DNA from: an uncultured Acidobacteriota bacterium
GTDB taxonomy: Bacteria > Acidobacteriota > Vicinamibacteria > Fen-336
Length of the DNA stretch: 64,000 bases
Direction: 5' to 3'
Assembly (NCBI GenBank): GCA_963720545.1
Contig: OY970399.1
Location: 3,712,001-3,776,000 of the forward strand
Shown here: positions 12,689-22,435 of the stretch, in pieces
Position numbering within the stretch: the first letter of the stretch is position 1
Layout of the letters: each line of letters begins with the position of its first letter
Program-made: the position numbers and the translations under genes
Notes under the pieces: generated by a model
Told to the model about the DNA's origin: nothing
Database searches by the model: none
What the model saw: the letters and a program-made list of their open reading frames with translations, nothing else

Positions 12689-13908
12689 ATGCCAGCCTTC
12701 GTCTGGAAGGGGAAGCCAGGGATGGCCGCTCCGTCGTCGGGCGAGCGGGTCGGCGGACAACAAGGAGGCCGTGATGGCCCTGCTGCGCCGCGAGCAGATC
12801 CTAGTCGTCCTCGGTGAAGGAGAAGGGCAAGGAGTTCGCGATGCCGAAGCTCGGCGGCGGCGTCACCGCCAAGGACCTCGCGGTCTTCACGCGGCAGTTC
12901 TCGGTCATGATCGACGCCGGCCTGCCGCTCGTGCAGTGCCTGGAGATCCTTGGCGGCCAGCAGGACAACAAGAAATTCGCGACGGTCCTGCAGCAGACGC
13001 GCATGCGACGTCGAAGGTGGCGCCACCCTCGCCGACGCGATGCGCAAGCATCCGAAGGCTCTTCGACGAGCTCTTCATACGAACATGATCGCGGCCGGCG
13101 AGGCGGGCGGTATCCTGGACACGATCCTGAAGCGCCTCGCGCACCTACATCGAGAAGGCGGTCAAGCTGAAGTCGCAGATCAAGGGCGCGATGGTGTATC
13201 CGATCGTGGTCTCGGCATCGCCGCCATCGTGGTCACGATCATCCTGTGGAAGGTCATCCCGATGTTCGCGGCGATGTTCGAGGGCCTGGGCGCGCAGCTG
13301 CCGCTGCCCACCCGCATCGTCATCGCGATGTCCTACTGGATCGGGACGGCTGCTGTCCCTTCATGGTCCTCCTGGGCATCGTCGGCGACCTTCGCGTTCC
13401 GCGCGCTACTACGCCACTCACGGCGGCCGCCGCGTGATCGACCGCATGGTCCTGCAGCTGCCCGTGATTGGCCAGTTGTCGCAGCAAGATCGCGGTGGCA
13501 CGGTTCTCCCGAACGCTGTCGACCCTGATTTCGTCGGGCGTGCCGATCCTCGACGGCCTCGAGATCACCGCCCGTACCGCCGGGCAACGCCATCGTCGAG
13601 GATGCCATCATGGTGGTGCGCAAGGCGGTTGAAGGCGGAACCACGGTGGCTGTGCCGCTGCGGGAGAGCAAGGTGTTTCCCGACTATGGTGGTGCAGATG
13701 GTCGGCGTCGGCGAGCAGACCGGCGCCCTCGACGCGATGCTTGGCGAAGATCGCCGACTTCTACGAAGACGAAGTCGACCAGACCGTGGCCAACCTGCTG
13801 ACCCTGATGGAACCGCTCATGATCATGTTCCTTGGCGTCATCATCGGCGGCATCGTCATCAGCATGTACTTGCCGCTGTTCGAAATGATCAACAAGCTCT
13901 CCGGCTAG
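12689..13908 (+). CDS. pilC: Type IV pilus inner-membrane platform protein (multiple apparent frameshifts)
   Basis: [54 protein letters not shown]. Confidence 0.9.
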
Positions 13909-13981
13909 GCCGCTGCTTTCCCGGCCCGTCGGCCTGCCGATCTCCGCGGATACCCTGTCCGCGGAGCATCGGCTGAAGCAG

Positions 13982-15589
13982 GTGATGCTGCTCAGGGTGG
14001 TGGTCGTCACCACCCTGCTCGCGAGCGCCATTTACATCGAGTCGACGTGGGAGCCGGTTCGCGCCTTCAACCCGTTCTACCTGCTCATTATCGCCACCTA
14101 CCTGGTGACGCTCGGTGCGGTGATGCTGCTGCGCCTGGGTGCGGCGCCAGCGACAATCGCGTTCGTCCAGGCCACGTTCGACCTGTTCTTCGTCACGAGC
14201 CTCGTTTATCTGGCCGGCGTGTCGGAGCCACGGTCGGGATTCATCGTCCTCTACCCGCTCGCCGTGCTGGCGGCAGCAACGCTGATGCCGCCGCGGGCTG
14301 CCATCACCATCGCAATAGCAGCAGTGGTGGCTTTTGTAGCACTCTACGTGTCGCTCGGTGCGGGCTACCTGCCCGGTTATGGCGGTTCCACCGGCGGTCG
14401 CTTTCCGGGCACCCGCGTCCTTCTCTACTCGACCATCATCCTGGCGGTGTCCTGTGTCGGCGTCGCATGGATAGGTGGATATCTCATGGAACGGCTACGC
14501 GCCGCCGGCGCGAGCCTTGAACTCGCAACCGACCAGGTCTCGAGCCTACGGGAACTGAACCAGGCCATCGTCGCGAGCATCCACAGCGGCCTGATGACGG
14601 TGGATGCCGAAGGACGCATCCTGTACGTCAACGACCGGGGCGCTGCAATCCTCGAAGCCGACCGCAGGAGCCTGCGCGGCAGCTTGCTTGCCGTGGTGCT
14701 GAAATCTCCCCATTTCGAACCCGCCCTGCTCGAGGCGCGAGTTGAGCAGCGACTCGGACGAGACAGAACAGAGGTGGCGGTTGGACTGGCGGAGCGAGGC
14801 ACGCTGGTGCTCGGGTTGTCGGTCGCTCCGTTGACAGCCGGCGACCCGGCGCTTGGCCGCTATCTCGTCACCTTTCAGGACCTCACCGACATCAAGAAAC
14901 TGGAGAATGAGTCGCGCATCAATGAGAAGCTGGCTGCCATTGGCGAGATGGCGGCTCAGCTGGCTCATGAGATTCGCAATCCGTTAGGTGCGATCAGTGG
15001 TTCCGCGCAGGTGCTGCTTCGCGAAGATGGCGTTGGCGAGGAGCAGGCTGAACTCTTGAACATCATCCGGACCGAATCGAAGCGCCTCTCGGACGCCCTC
15101 AACCAGTTCTTGCGGGGCGCGCGGCCTGCTGGATCTTCGTTTCAGCCGATCGACCTCGGACCCGTCGTCGAGGAGACAGTCGCCCTGCTGCGAAACAGCC
15201 CTGAACTTCTGCCCAGCCACTCGATCCAGTCCGACATCGCTCCGGGGCCTCACATCTGCCTCGCAGATGCCGACAGCATCAAGCAGGTGGCGTGGAACCT
15301 GGCGCGCAACGGAATCGAGGCGATGCCCGCAGGGGGTTGCCTCAGGGTAAGCGTCGCATCGAGCCCGGACGAAGTGACGTTCAAGGTCGCGGACCAGGGC
15401 CGGGGCATCGACGCTGCGACCGCGCATCGGCTGTTCGAGCCGTTCCACACAGGCTCGAAGGGAGGCACCGGAATCGGCCTGGCGATTGTCTATGCGATCG
15501 TCAAGGAGCATCGTGGCCGCATCACCATTCGTAACCTCGATCGCGGAGGCGCGGAGGTGGACGTGCGACTGCCCGGACCAGCCAGTTGA
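13982..15589 (+). CDS. pilS: PilS-type sensor histidine kinase (multi-TM, PAS, HisKA, HATPase)
   Basis: Multiple N-terminal TMs, LAHEIRNPL H-box, NLARNG, DQGRG, GTGIGL; lies between pilC and pilR. Confidence 0.85.
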   Translation: MMLLRVVVVTTLLASAIYIESTWEPVRAFNPFYLLIIATYLVTLGAVMLLRLGAAPATIAFVQATFDLFFVTSLVYLAGVSEPRSGFIVLYPLAVLAAATLMPPRAAITIAIAAVVAFVALYVSLGAGYLPGYGGSTGGRFPGTRVLLYSTIILAVSCVGVAWIGGYLMERLRAAGASLELATDQVSSLRELNQAIVASIHSGLMTVDAEGRILYVNDRGAAILEADRRSLRGSLLAVVLKSPHFEPALLEARVEQRLGRDRTEVAVGLAERGTLVLGLSVAPLTAGDPALGRYLVTFQDLTDIKKLENESRINEKLAAIGEMAAQLAHEIRNPLGAISGSAQVLLREDGVGEEQAELLNIIRTESKRLSDALNQFLRGARPAGSSFQPIDLGPVVEETVALLRNSPELLPSHSIQSDIAPGPHICLADADSIKQVAWNLARNGIEAMPAGGCLRVSVASSPDEVTFKVADQGRGIDAATAHRLFEPFHTGSKGGTGIGLAIVYAIVKEHRGRITIRNLDRGGAEVDVRLPGPAS

Positions 15590-15635
15590 GTCCGCGCCTG
15601 AGGGCCGTGACAATCGTGACCACGGAACGAGCCAT

Positions 15636-17003
15636 ATGAGAAACGTGCTGGTCGTCGACGACGAGGCGTCGCTGCGCGATGTCCTCGGCATTGCGCTGCG
15701 CAAACAAGGCTACACGGTGCAGACAGCCAGCAGCCGGGAGAGCGCCGCGAAAGCGCTCGCGGCCGGTCCCGTGGACCTCGTGCTCACCGACGTGCGGCTT
15801 CCGGACGGCGACGGCATCGAGATCTTGCGGCACGTCAAGTCGGCGTCACCTGACACCGTCGTCATCGTCATGACGGCTTTCGGATCCACCGAGAATGCGG
15901 TTGCTGCGTTGAAGCTCGGAGCCTACGACTACCTGATCAAGCCGTTCGACATCGATGAGCTGCAGATCGTCGTTGGCAACGCATTCGAGCGCCAGGAGCT
16001 CAAGTCGCAGGTCTTGACGCTGCGCGACCAGCTCAAGGCTCGCGCCGACTTCCAACGTGTCATCGGCCGCTCGGCCGTCATGGCTCGGGTGATCGAGATC
16101 GCGCGGGCGGTGGCGTCTACCAGTTCCACGATACTGCTGACGGGGGAGAGCGGCACCGGCAAGGAAGTGCTGGCGAAGGCGATTCACCTTGCTTCGCCGC
16201 GGCGGGAGAAACCGTTCGTTTCGATAAATTGCGGGGCCTTGCCCGAGAGCCTGCTCGAAAGCGAGCTGTTTGGCCATGTCAAGGGAGCGTTCACCGACGC
16301 GCACCAGAACAAGAAGGGCTTGTTCGAGGCCGCACACCTGGGGACGATTTTTCTCGACGAGGTGGGTGAGATGCCGTTCGCCATGCAGGTGAAGCTGCTG
16401 CGCGTGCTGCAGGAACGCACCATCCGCCGGGTTGGCGACCAGGTCGAGATTCCCGTGGATGTGCGGGTGATCGCCGCCACCAACCGTGCGCTCGAGAAGA
16501 TGGTGCGCGACGGCACGTTCCGCAGCGACCTTTACTATCGCCTCAACGTCATACCGCTGCCGATCCCGCCGCTGCGCGAACGCAAGGAAGATATTCCACT
16601 GCTCGTCGACCATTTCCTGCGGCTGTTGGCAGTCCGTATGGAGAAGACCGCGCCGGTCATGGCGCCGTCGGAGCTCGGCACCCTGCAGAGGCACGACTGG
16701 CCGGGGAACGTGCGGGAACTCGAAAACCTGCTGGAACGCGCCCTCGCGCTGGAAGTCTCGCCAGCAGTGCTCCTCGAAGAAGCTCAGCCCGCGCGAGCAT
16801 CGCCGCCAGAGTCGTCCCTTCAGCCCGCAATCTCGGAAGGCTTCAGTCTCGATGGATACCTTGCATCGGAGGAGGCGCGACTCCTCAGGCGAGCACTGGA
16901 GCAGTCCGCTGGCGACCGTGCTGCGGCAGCGCGCTTGCTTGGTGTGAACGCCCGGGGACTGCGTTATCTCATTTCAAAACATCCGGAAACCGAAGGGTCG
17001 TGA
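15636..17003 (+). CDS. pilR: Sigma54-dependent response regulator
   Basis: Receiver domain VLVVDDE, GESGTGKE, ELFGHVKGAFTDA, WPGNVREL, Fis-type HTH; directly upstream of pilA. Confidence 0.88.
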   Translation: MRNVLVVDDEASLRDVLGIALRKQGYTVQTASSRESAAKALAAGPVDLVLTDVRLPDGDGIEILRHVKSASPDTVVIVMTAFGSTENAVAALKLGAYDYLIKPFDIDELQIVVGNAFERQELKSQVLTLRDQLKARADFQRVIGRSAVMARVIEIARAVASTSSTILLTGESGTGKEVLAKAIHLASPRREKPFVSINCGALPESLLESELFGHVKGAFTDAHQNKKGLFEAAHLGTIFLDEVGEMPFAMQVKLLRVLQERTIRRVGDQVEIPVDVRVIAATNRALEKMVRDGTFRSDLYYRLNVIPLPIPPLRERKEDIPLLVDHFLRLLAVRMEKTAPVMAPSELGTLQRHDWPGNVRELENLLERALALEVSPAVLLEEAQPARASPPESSLQPAISEGFSLDGYLASEEARLLRRALEQSAGDRAAAARLLGVNARGLRYLISKHPETEGS

Positions 17004-17036
17004 CGTCAATTGTCGGCGTGCGACAATATTTGTCGC
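17001..17036. promoter_or_regulatory. Candidate PilR enhancer: overlapping dyads TGTC-N7-GACA and GCGACA-N5-TGTCGC
   Basis: TGTC at 17011, GACA at 17022, TGTC at 17031; about 70-100 bp upstream of the pilA sigma54 promoter. Confidence 0.6.
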
Positions 17037-17103
17037 GCCGGTGACCGTTCATCAAGATGGTGTAAGTATATGTGTTTAAAGGCTTTAAACGTTACACAAA
17101 CCT

Positions 17104-17119
17104 TGGCATCTGCCTTGCT
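17104..17119 (+). promoter_or_regulatory. Sigma54 -24/-12 promoter of pilA
   Basis: TGGCAT-CTGCC-TTGCT matches TGGCAC-N5-TTGCW; preceded by an AT-rich spacer. Confidence 0.88.
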
Positions 17120-17179
17120 CTATAGGTCCCCGTGCCGCCGATTGAGCGGCCCAAGACGGAGTCAAAGGAGACTCTAACC

Positions 17180-17719
17180 ATGAAGAACCAAAAGGGCTTT
17201 TCGCTCATCGAGCTGCTGATCGTTATCGTGATCATCGGGATCATCGCCGCGATCGCGATCCCCAGCCTTCTCCGCGCCCGCGTGTCCGCCAACGAGGCAG
17301 GCACCATCGGCGACAACCGAACGGTTTCGTCGGCCATGGTCGCCTACAGCTCGGCCAACGGCGGGTTTTTCGACAACGTGTTCACCTGTTTGTCCGCGCC
17401 GACCGGTTGCATCCCGAGCTATCCGGCTACCGCCCCGACGTTCCTCGACACCTCGCTTACGGCCAGCCCGCTTGCGAAGTCTGGTTACACGCGGGTGTTC
17501 ACGGGCGACGCCACGGCCGCGGGCCTCAACGTCCTTGTCAACTCCCCCACGAGCACCGGTATGTACTGCTACGATTCGACTGCGGTCGCGCAGAACAGCA
17601 CGGGCGTGCGCTCCTTCAGCACCGACGCTTCGGGAAAGATTTGCTTCGACCCCGCTGGCGCGGCCATTGGCTGCGTTCCTGCTACCGGTCTGCCCGCCGC
17701 CTGCACGGTGCTTCCGTAG
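17180..17719 (+). CDS. pilA: Major type IVa pilin
   Basis: MKNQKG|FSLIELLIVIVIIGIIAAIAIP class III signal, AAGGAG RBS, own promoter and terminator. Confidence 0.93.
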   Translation: MKNQKGFSLIELLIVIVIIGIIAAIAIPSLLRARVSANEAGTIGDNRTVSSAMVAYSSANGGFFDNVFTCLSAPTGCIPSYPATAPTFLDTSLTASPLAKSGYTRVFTGDATAAGLNVLVNSPTSTGMYCYDSTAVAQNSTGVRSFSTDASGKICFDPAGAAIGCVPATGLPAACTVLP

Positions 17720-17746
17720 TCTGTAGTCGCCGATCGTCGCAGTGTT

Positions 17747-17773
17747 GGGGGGCTTCGGCCCCCCTTTTCTTTT
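17747..17773 (+). terminator. Rho-independent terminator after pilA
   Basis: GGGGGGC-TTCG-GCCCCCC hairpin followed by TTTTCTTTT. Confidence 0.9.
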
Positions 17774-17874
17774 GCTGCTCCTCGAAGCGTTCGCGAGACA
17801 GTCGCACGAGGAAACTGGCTGCGCTTCGCGGACTTTGTTCCGCCGTTCAAGGCCGCTAAGATCCAAAATCACCG

Positions 17875-18825
17875 ATGAACGCCATTGAGATCGCAGGCCT
17901 CTCGAAGTCCTATCGAGTTGGCACCTTTGGTTCCAAGCGACGCGCTGTGCTGCAGGATCTGAGTCTCGCCGTCCCATCGGGTGAAATCTTCGGATACCTT
18001 GGGCCCAATGGCTCCGGCAAGACGACCACGCTCAAACTGATCATGAGCCTGATCCGTGCTGACGCCGGCACGATCCGCGTGCTCGGCGTCCCCTTCCAGG
18101 ACCCCAGTTGGCGCGCCCGCGCTGGATACATGCCGGAGAATCCCTATCTCTACGACTACCTCACGCCAACGGAGTACCTGGACTACGTGGGCCGGCTCTT
18201 CGGTCTCGCTGCGTCCACCAGGCGTGAACGATCTGGCCGCCTGCTGGATCTTGTGGGCTTGGGGCCATGGGCGAAAGCGCCTCTTGGTCGTTTCTCGAAA
18301 GGAATGCTGCAGCGTGCCGGCATCGCCCAGGCGCTGATGAACGATCCCGACATCGTGTTTCTGGACGAACCAATGTCCGGCCTCGATCCGATTGGCCGAC
18401 GTTTGATGCGAAACATCCTTCTCGAGCTGCGGTCGTCGGGCAAGACGGTCTTCTTTTCAACCCACATCCTCTCCGACGCTGAGAACCTCTGCGACAGCGT
18501 TGCCGTCCTTGCGGCGGGGCGACTGCTGCGAGCCGGGCGAATCGACGAGATCGTGAAACTCGACATTTCACATTTTGAAGTCCTGACCAGCGGACTTGCG
18601 GGGAACGCCCCAGGAGAACTCCCGGCCAGTGCCCGCGTGCGAACGATGGCTGATCGCTGCGAGATCGCCGTTCCGGAACAGGACCTGCCCGTCGTTCTGC
18701 GAGTCGTCGACAAGCTTGGAGGACGCGTTCTGGCGGTCAATCCAGTACGACAGTCGCTCGAGGACTATTTCGTCGACCAGGTGCGTGACTACGAGGGAGC
18801 GGAGCCAACGTGGACGGCAGACTGA
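17875..18825 (+). CDS. ABC transporter ATP-binding protein (pilus-associated, like Myxococcus PilH)
   Basis: GPNGSGKTT, FSKGM, FLDEP, STH motifs. Confidence 0.9.
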   Translation: MNAIEIAGLSKSYRVGTFGSKRRAVLQDLSLAVPSGEIFGYLGPNGSGKTTTLKLIMSLIRADAGTIRVLGVPFQDPSWRARAGYMPENPYLYDYLTPTEYLDYVGRLFGLAASTRRERSGRLLDLVGLGPWAKAPLGRFSKGMLQRAGIAQALMNDPDIVFLDEPMSGLDPIGRRLMRNILLELRSSGKTVFFSTHILSDAENLCDSVAVLAAGRLLRAGRIDEIVKLDISHFEVLTSGLAGNAPGELPASARVRTMADRCEIAVPEQDLPVVLRVVDKLGGRVLAVNPVRQSLEDYFVDQVRDYEGAEPTWTAD

Positions 18826-19586
18826 ATCGCTTCCTGGCAGTCGCTGCGAATACCTTCCGCGAAACCGTTCGTGAGCGGGTTCTCTACAACCTGGTTTTGT
18901 TCGCTGTCCTCATGACGTTGTCCGGGCTCCTCATGAAGGAGTTGTCGATCCGCCAGGACGAGAAGATCGTCAAGGACATCGGTCTCGCCGCCATGGAACT
19001 CTTCGGGATCGTGATCGCGCTCTTGATGGGAGCCGGCCTCGTATCCAAGGAAGTCGATCGCCGTTCTCTCTATCCGCTGCTGGCGAAGCCGCTCAGCCGC
19101 GGTGAGTTCTTTTTGGGCAAATTCACCGGCCTCGCGTTCACCATACTCGTCAACCTTGCCGCGATGACCCTGGGCCTGTTCGCTACATTGCGCATCACGG
19201 GTCACGCGTTCGACCTGGAACTGTTGAAGGCAATCGTTCCCCTCTATGTCGGGCTGTTGCTCATCGTCGCCCTTACTCTGTTCTTCTCCACGATCACCTC
19301 GATGGTACTGACTGTCGTCTTCACGACGTGTCTGGTGATCGCCGGCCGGTACTCCGACATCATAAGGAACATGCAGGAAGTCCTGCCCGGTGCCCCCGGA
19401 TGGATCACGCGGGCTCTCTATTTCGCGCTGCCGAACTTCGCGAACTTCGACTTCAAGAGCCGCGTCGCCCACGGCGACATCGTGCCGTGGACCGCCGTCG
19501 CTGCCGTTGTTCTCTATGGACTGGTCTACGTCCTCCTGGCGCTGGCGGCCGGTGTGGCTCTCTTCAGGCGCAAGGAGTTCCGGTGA
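18810..19586 (+). CDS. ABC-2-type permease (like Myxococcus PilI)
   Basis: AVAANTFRETVRER, LLAKPLSRGEFFLGKF, C-terminal FRRKEF; about six TMs. Confidence 0.85.
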   Translation: MDGRLNRFLAVAANTFRETVRERVLYNLVLFAVLMTLSGLLMKELSIRQDEKIVKDIGLAAMELFGIVIALLMGAGLVSKEVDRRSLYPLLAKPLSRGEFFLGKFTGLAFTILVNLAAMTLGLFATLRITGHAFDLELLKAIVPLYVGLLLIVALTLFFSTITSMVLTVVFTTCLVIAGRYSDIIRNMQEVLPGAPGWITRALYFALPNFANFDFKSRVAHGDIVPWTAVAAVVLYGLVYVLLALAAGVALFRRKEFR

Positions 19587-20455
19587 ACTGGGAAAAGCCC
19601 TTGATCGCCCTGTTGGCTCCGCTCGTCGTATTGTCGCAGCAGGCTGTGGACCGAGATCTCGGTGGATTTCGCGCCCAGCACGAATCGCTCTATCTCTGGT
19701 CGGGTGAGCAGATCAAGCGGTTGGCGCCTGGCTTTGAGGACATCCTGGCCGACGTCTATTGGTTGCGTACGGTTCAGTACTTCGGCGGCCAACGAGCATA
19801 TGCCGAGGGCAGGTCGTTCGAGCTCCTTCGCCCGCTCGTGGATATCACCACAACGCTGGATCCACGGTTGGGCATCGCCTATAAGTACGGCGCGGTCTTC
19901 CTTGCCGAGCCCAGGCCCATCGGTGCTGGCGACGCACCAGGCGGCATCGCCCTTCTCGAGAAGGGAGTGGCCGCAAACCCGGTGGACTGGCGATTGCGAC
20001 AAGACCTGGGCTTCTTCCATTTCCTCTATCTGCACGACGGCGCGGGAGCTGCCCGGATATTGAACGAAGCGGCCGAAATAAGCGGTGCGCCGTACTGGCT
20101 GCGGACACTCGCCGCCCAGCTTGCGGCCCAGGGTGGGGAACGGGATGCGGCGCGCTCGATGTGGCAAGCCATGGCAGCGCAATCTGAACCCGGTCCAATC
20201 CAGGAGAATGCCAGGATGAACCTGGATATCCTCGCCGCGCTCGATCTAAGGGACTCTCTCCAGGCTCACGTGAACAGGTTCGAGTCCACGTTCGGTCGGC
20301 GGCCGTCGTCGCTTGACGAACTCGTGCGCGAGCGTGTCATTCGCACCGTCCCGGTCGATCCGTCCGGGATACCGTACGCGTACGATGCAGGGTCGGGTCG
20401 AGTCCACCTCGCACACGACTCCAGGCTCTATCGTTCTCAGTACGAACGGCCGTAG
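19583..20455 (+). CDS. Pilus-associated membrane-anchored TPR-like protein (like Myxococcus PilG)
   Basis: LADVYWLRTVQYFG, ITTTLDP, ALLEKG, PVDPSG.PY; GTG start overlaps the permease stop. Confidence 0.75.
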   Translation: MNWEKPLIALLAPLVVLSQQAVDRDLGGFRAQHESLYLWSGEQIKRLAPGFEDILADVYWLRTVQYFGGQRAYAEGRSFELLRPLVDITTTLDPRLGIAYKYGAVFLAEPRPIGAGDAPGGIALLEKGVAANPVDWRLRQDLGFFHFLYLHDGAGAARILNEAAEISGAPYWLRTLAAQLAAQGGERDAARSMWQAMAAQSEPGPIQENARMNLDILAALDLRDSLQAHVNRFESTFGRRPSSLDELVRERVIRTVPVDPSGIPYAYDAGSGRVHLAHDSRLYRSQYERP

Positions 20456-20458
20456 CCG

Positions 20459-21238
20459 ATGGGCGCATCGCCCATGTTCGCGGTGAGTTGCTCGTTGCTG
20501 CTCGGCGTGCTCATTGGCAGCTTTGCGAACGTCTGCATACACCGGATTCCGCTCGGTCAGTCGGTGGTGACGCCGCGGTCGCGCTGCCCGCGCTGCAGCC
20601 AGCCGATCGCCGGATGGGACAACGTCCCGGTGGTGAGCTGGTTGCTGCTTGCCGGCCGTTGCCGGCGCTGCCGCGAACCGATCGCGGGCCGCTATCCCAT
20701 GGTCGAAGCTGCCAACGGGGCGCTCTACGGCCTGCTCGCCGCGGTCCACGGTGTCAACGCACGCAGCGCCTTCGAGATGTTGTTGGTCACAGTGCTCATC
20801 ATCCTGGCGCTCATCGATCTCGATCACCGACTCCTGCCAGACCTCATCACGCTGCCGATGATCGCCGTTGGCATCGCCGCCGCGGTGCTCGTGCCGCCTC
20901 CGGGGCCGCTGGAGTCTGGGTTGTCGGCGGCGGCGCTGTATGTCGTCTTCGCGTTTATCGCGTCGGCCTACAAGAAGGCGCGTGGCATCGACGGTCTGGG
21001 GCAGGGCGATTGGAAGATGGCCGCCATGCTCGGCGCGTTTCTTGGATGGCAAGGCGCCTTGTTCGCGGTATTTGCCGGAGCCGTACTTGGCAGCGTGATC
21101 GGCGGGCTGTTCATCGCGCTGTCTCGCCGCGGCTCGCAGTATGCACTGCCCTTCGGCACGTTCCTGGCGCTCGGCGGTGTGGCCGCCATTTTCGCAGGTC
21201 AGCAGTTCCTCGCATGGTACAGCGGTCTCCTGGACTGA
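20459..21238 (+). CDS. pilD: Prepilin peptidase
   Basis: IGSFANVCIHRIP, SRCPRC...GRCRRC, IDLDHRLLPD, GQGDWK, LPFGTFLA. Confidence 0.95.
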   Translation: MGASPMFAVSCSLLLGVLIGSFANVCIHRIPLGQSVVTPRSRCPRCSQPIAGWDNVPVVSWLLLAGRCRRCREPIAGRYPMVEAANGALYGLLAAVHGVNARSAFEMLLVTVLIILALIDLDHRLLPDLITLPMIAVGIAAAVLVPPPGPLESGLSAAALYVVFAFIASAYKKARGIDGLGQGDWKMAAMLGAFLGWQGALFAVFAGAVLGSVIGGLFIALSRRGSQYALPFGTFLALGGVAAIFAGQQFLAWYSGLLD

Positions 21239-21242
21239 AGCC

Positions 21243-22325
21243 ATGCACAGCGAACGGCGATCGCTGATCACTCTGCTGGTAGCGCTGCTCGTTGGCACGG
21301 GCGTTTTGTCGCTCTGGTCGTCCCTCAAACGCCATGCGCAGATCCGCCAGACGGCCTCGTCGTCGGAAATCCGCCGGCAGCTGCCTGCTGGCGCTCTTGC
21401 CAGGCTCGACCGCGCAGTCGAGGCGGACGCGCTGTCAATGCGCACCACCCTGATGCTGGAAGGACTCCTCATCGCCGGGGGACTGGCAGTCGCGGTCTTC
21501 GCCTTCGGCCGCGGCACTACCGCCGCCGGCCCGGAGGCCTCGCAAACCGCGCTGGATGCGTACGAAGAAGCCATGGAACGGATGCGCGACCAGCGCGCCC
21601 GGGAGGACGCACTGCATGAAGGCGAGATGCGGCGCTTCATGGAAACGCTCGCCGACAAGGAGACCATGGCTCGCGCCGGCGAGCTCACTGCGGGCATGGC
21701 GCATGAGGTGCGCAACTCGCTCAGCACGATCCAGGGCAACGCGCGCCTGTTGCAGCCGGGTGCAGCGGCGGCAGGGGCGCAGGAGTCGGTGGCTGCGATC
21801 CTCGCCGAGTGCGACCAGCTGCAGTCGTCCATCAAGTCGTTCGTCGATTTCATACGCCAGGAGAAACCCGAGTTCCTGCCGTTGGACCTGGAGCGCCTGC
21901 TGCGGCGGGTGGCCGCCCGCGAGCAGCGTGTCCGCGAGGGGCCCGCGATCGCGGTTCATGCCGCGGTGGCCCCCGGCGTCCTGCTCGCGGACGAAGGGCT
22001 CCTCGAGCGCGCCTTCGAGAACCTGGTTCGCAACGCTCGCGAGGCGGGATCCGGAAGCGGGCAGGTCGAGGTCCATGCGACGCAGGACGAGACCTACGTC
22101 ATCGTCGACGTAAAGGACGAAGGACCGGGGCCGTCGCCCGTAACGAGCGACCTCGGACGCCCCTTCGTCACCACCAAACCCGGCGGGCTCGGCCTGGGCC
22201 TGCCGACCGCCATAAAGATCATCCAGCTCCACGGCGGCACGCTCAGTCTCGCGAAGCGGGAGGATACTCGTGGGGCGGTAGCGCGTGTCCGGCTACCGCT
22301 TCCGATTGACCGTGTTGTTACCTAA
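21243..22325 (+). CDS. Second sensor histidine kinase (2 TM, very short extracytoplasmic loop)
   Basis: MAHEVRNSL H-box, ENLVRNA, DEGPG, PFVTTKPGGLGLGL. Confidence 0.88.
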   Translation: MHSERRSLITLLVALLVGTGVLSLWSSLKRHAQIRQTASSSEIRRQLPAGALARLDRAVEADALSMRTTLMLEGLLIAGGLAVAVFAFGRGTTAAGPEASQTALDAYEEAMERMRDQRAREDALHEGEMRRFMETLADKETMARAGELTAGMAHEVRNSLSTIQGNARLLQPGAAAAGAQESVAAILAECDQLQSSIKSFVDFIRQEKPEFLPLDLERLLRRVAAREQRVREGPAIAVHAAVAPGVLLADEGLLERAFENLVRNAREAGSGSGQVEVHATQDETYVIVDVKDEGPGPSPVTSDLGRPFVTTKPGGLGLGLPTAIKIIQLHGGTLSLAKREDTRGAVARVRLPLPIDRVVT

Positions 22326-22407
22326 GGTATCACCAGTAGCCTGCGGCTGAGCGCAGTAGAACACTTTAAGTAACAGGTAACAATCGGCTTAGCCAGCGAT
22401 CGGTTGG

Positions 22408-22423
22408 CGGCACAGGTGTTGCT
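22408..22423 (+). promoter_or_regulatory. Sigma54 -24/-12 promoter of the minor pilin operon
   Basis: CGGCAC-AGGTG-TTGCT; candidate upstream dyad TGTTACC-TAA-GGTATCA at 22316-22332. Confidence 0.8.
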
Positions 22424-22435
22424 ATTACAGCAGCC

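Noticed and set aside
17180..17719. PilA as an electrically conductive e-pilin
   Set aside because: About 13 aromatics in 173 aa (7.5%) and a 48-residue aromatic-free gap after Phe1; does not fit the aromatic-dense pattern proposed for e-pilins.
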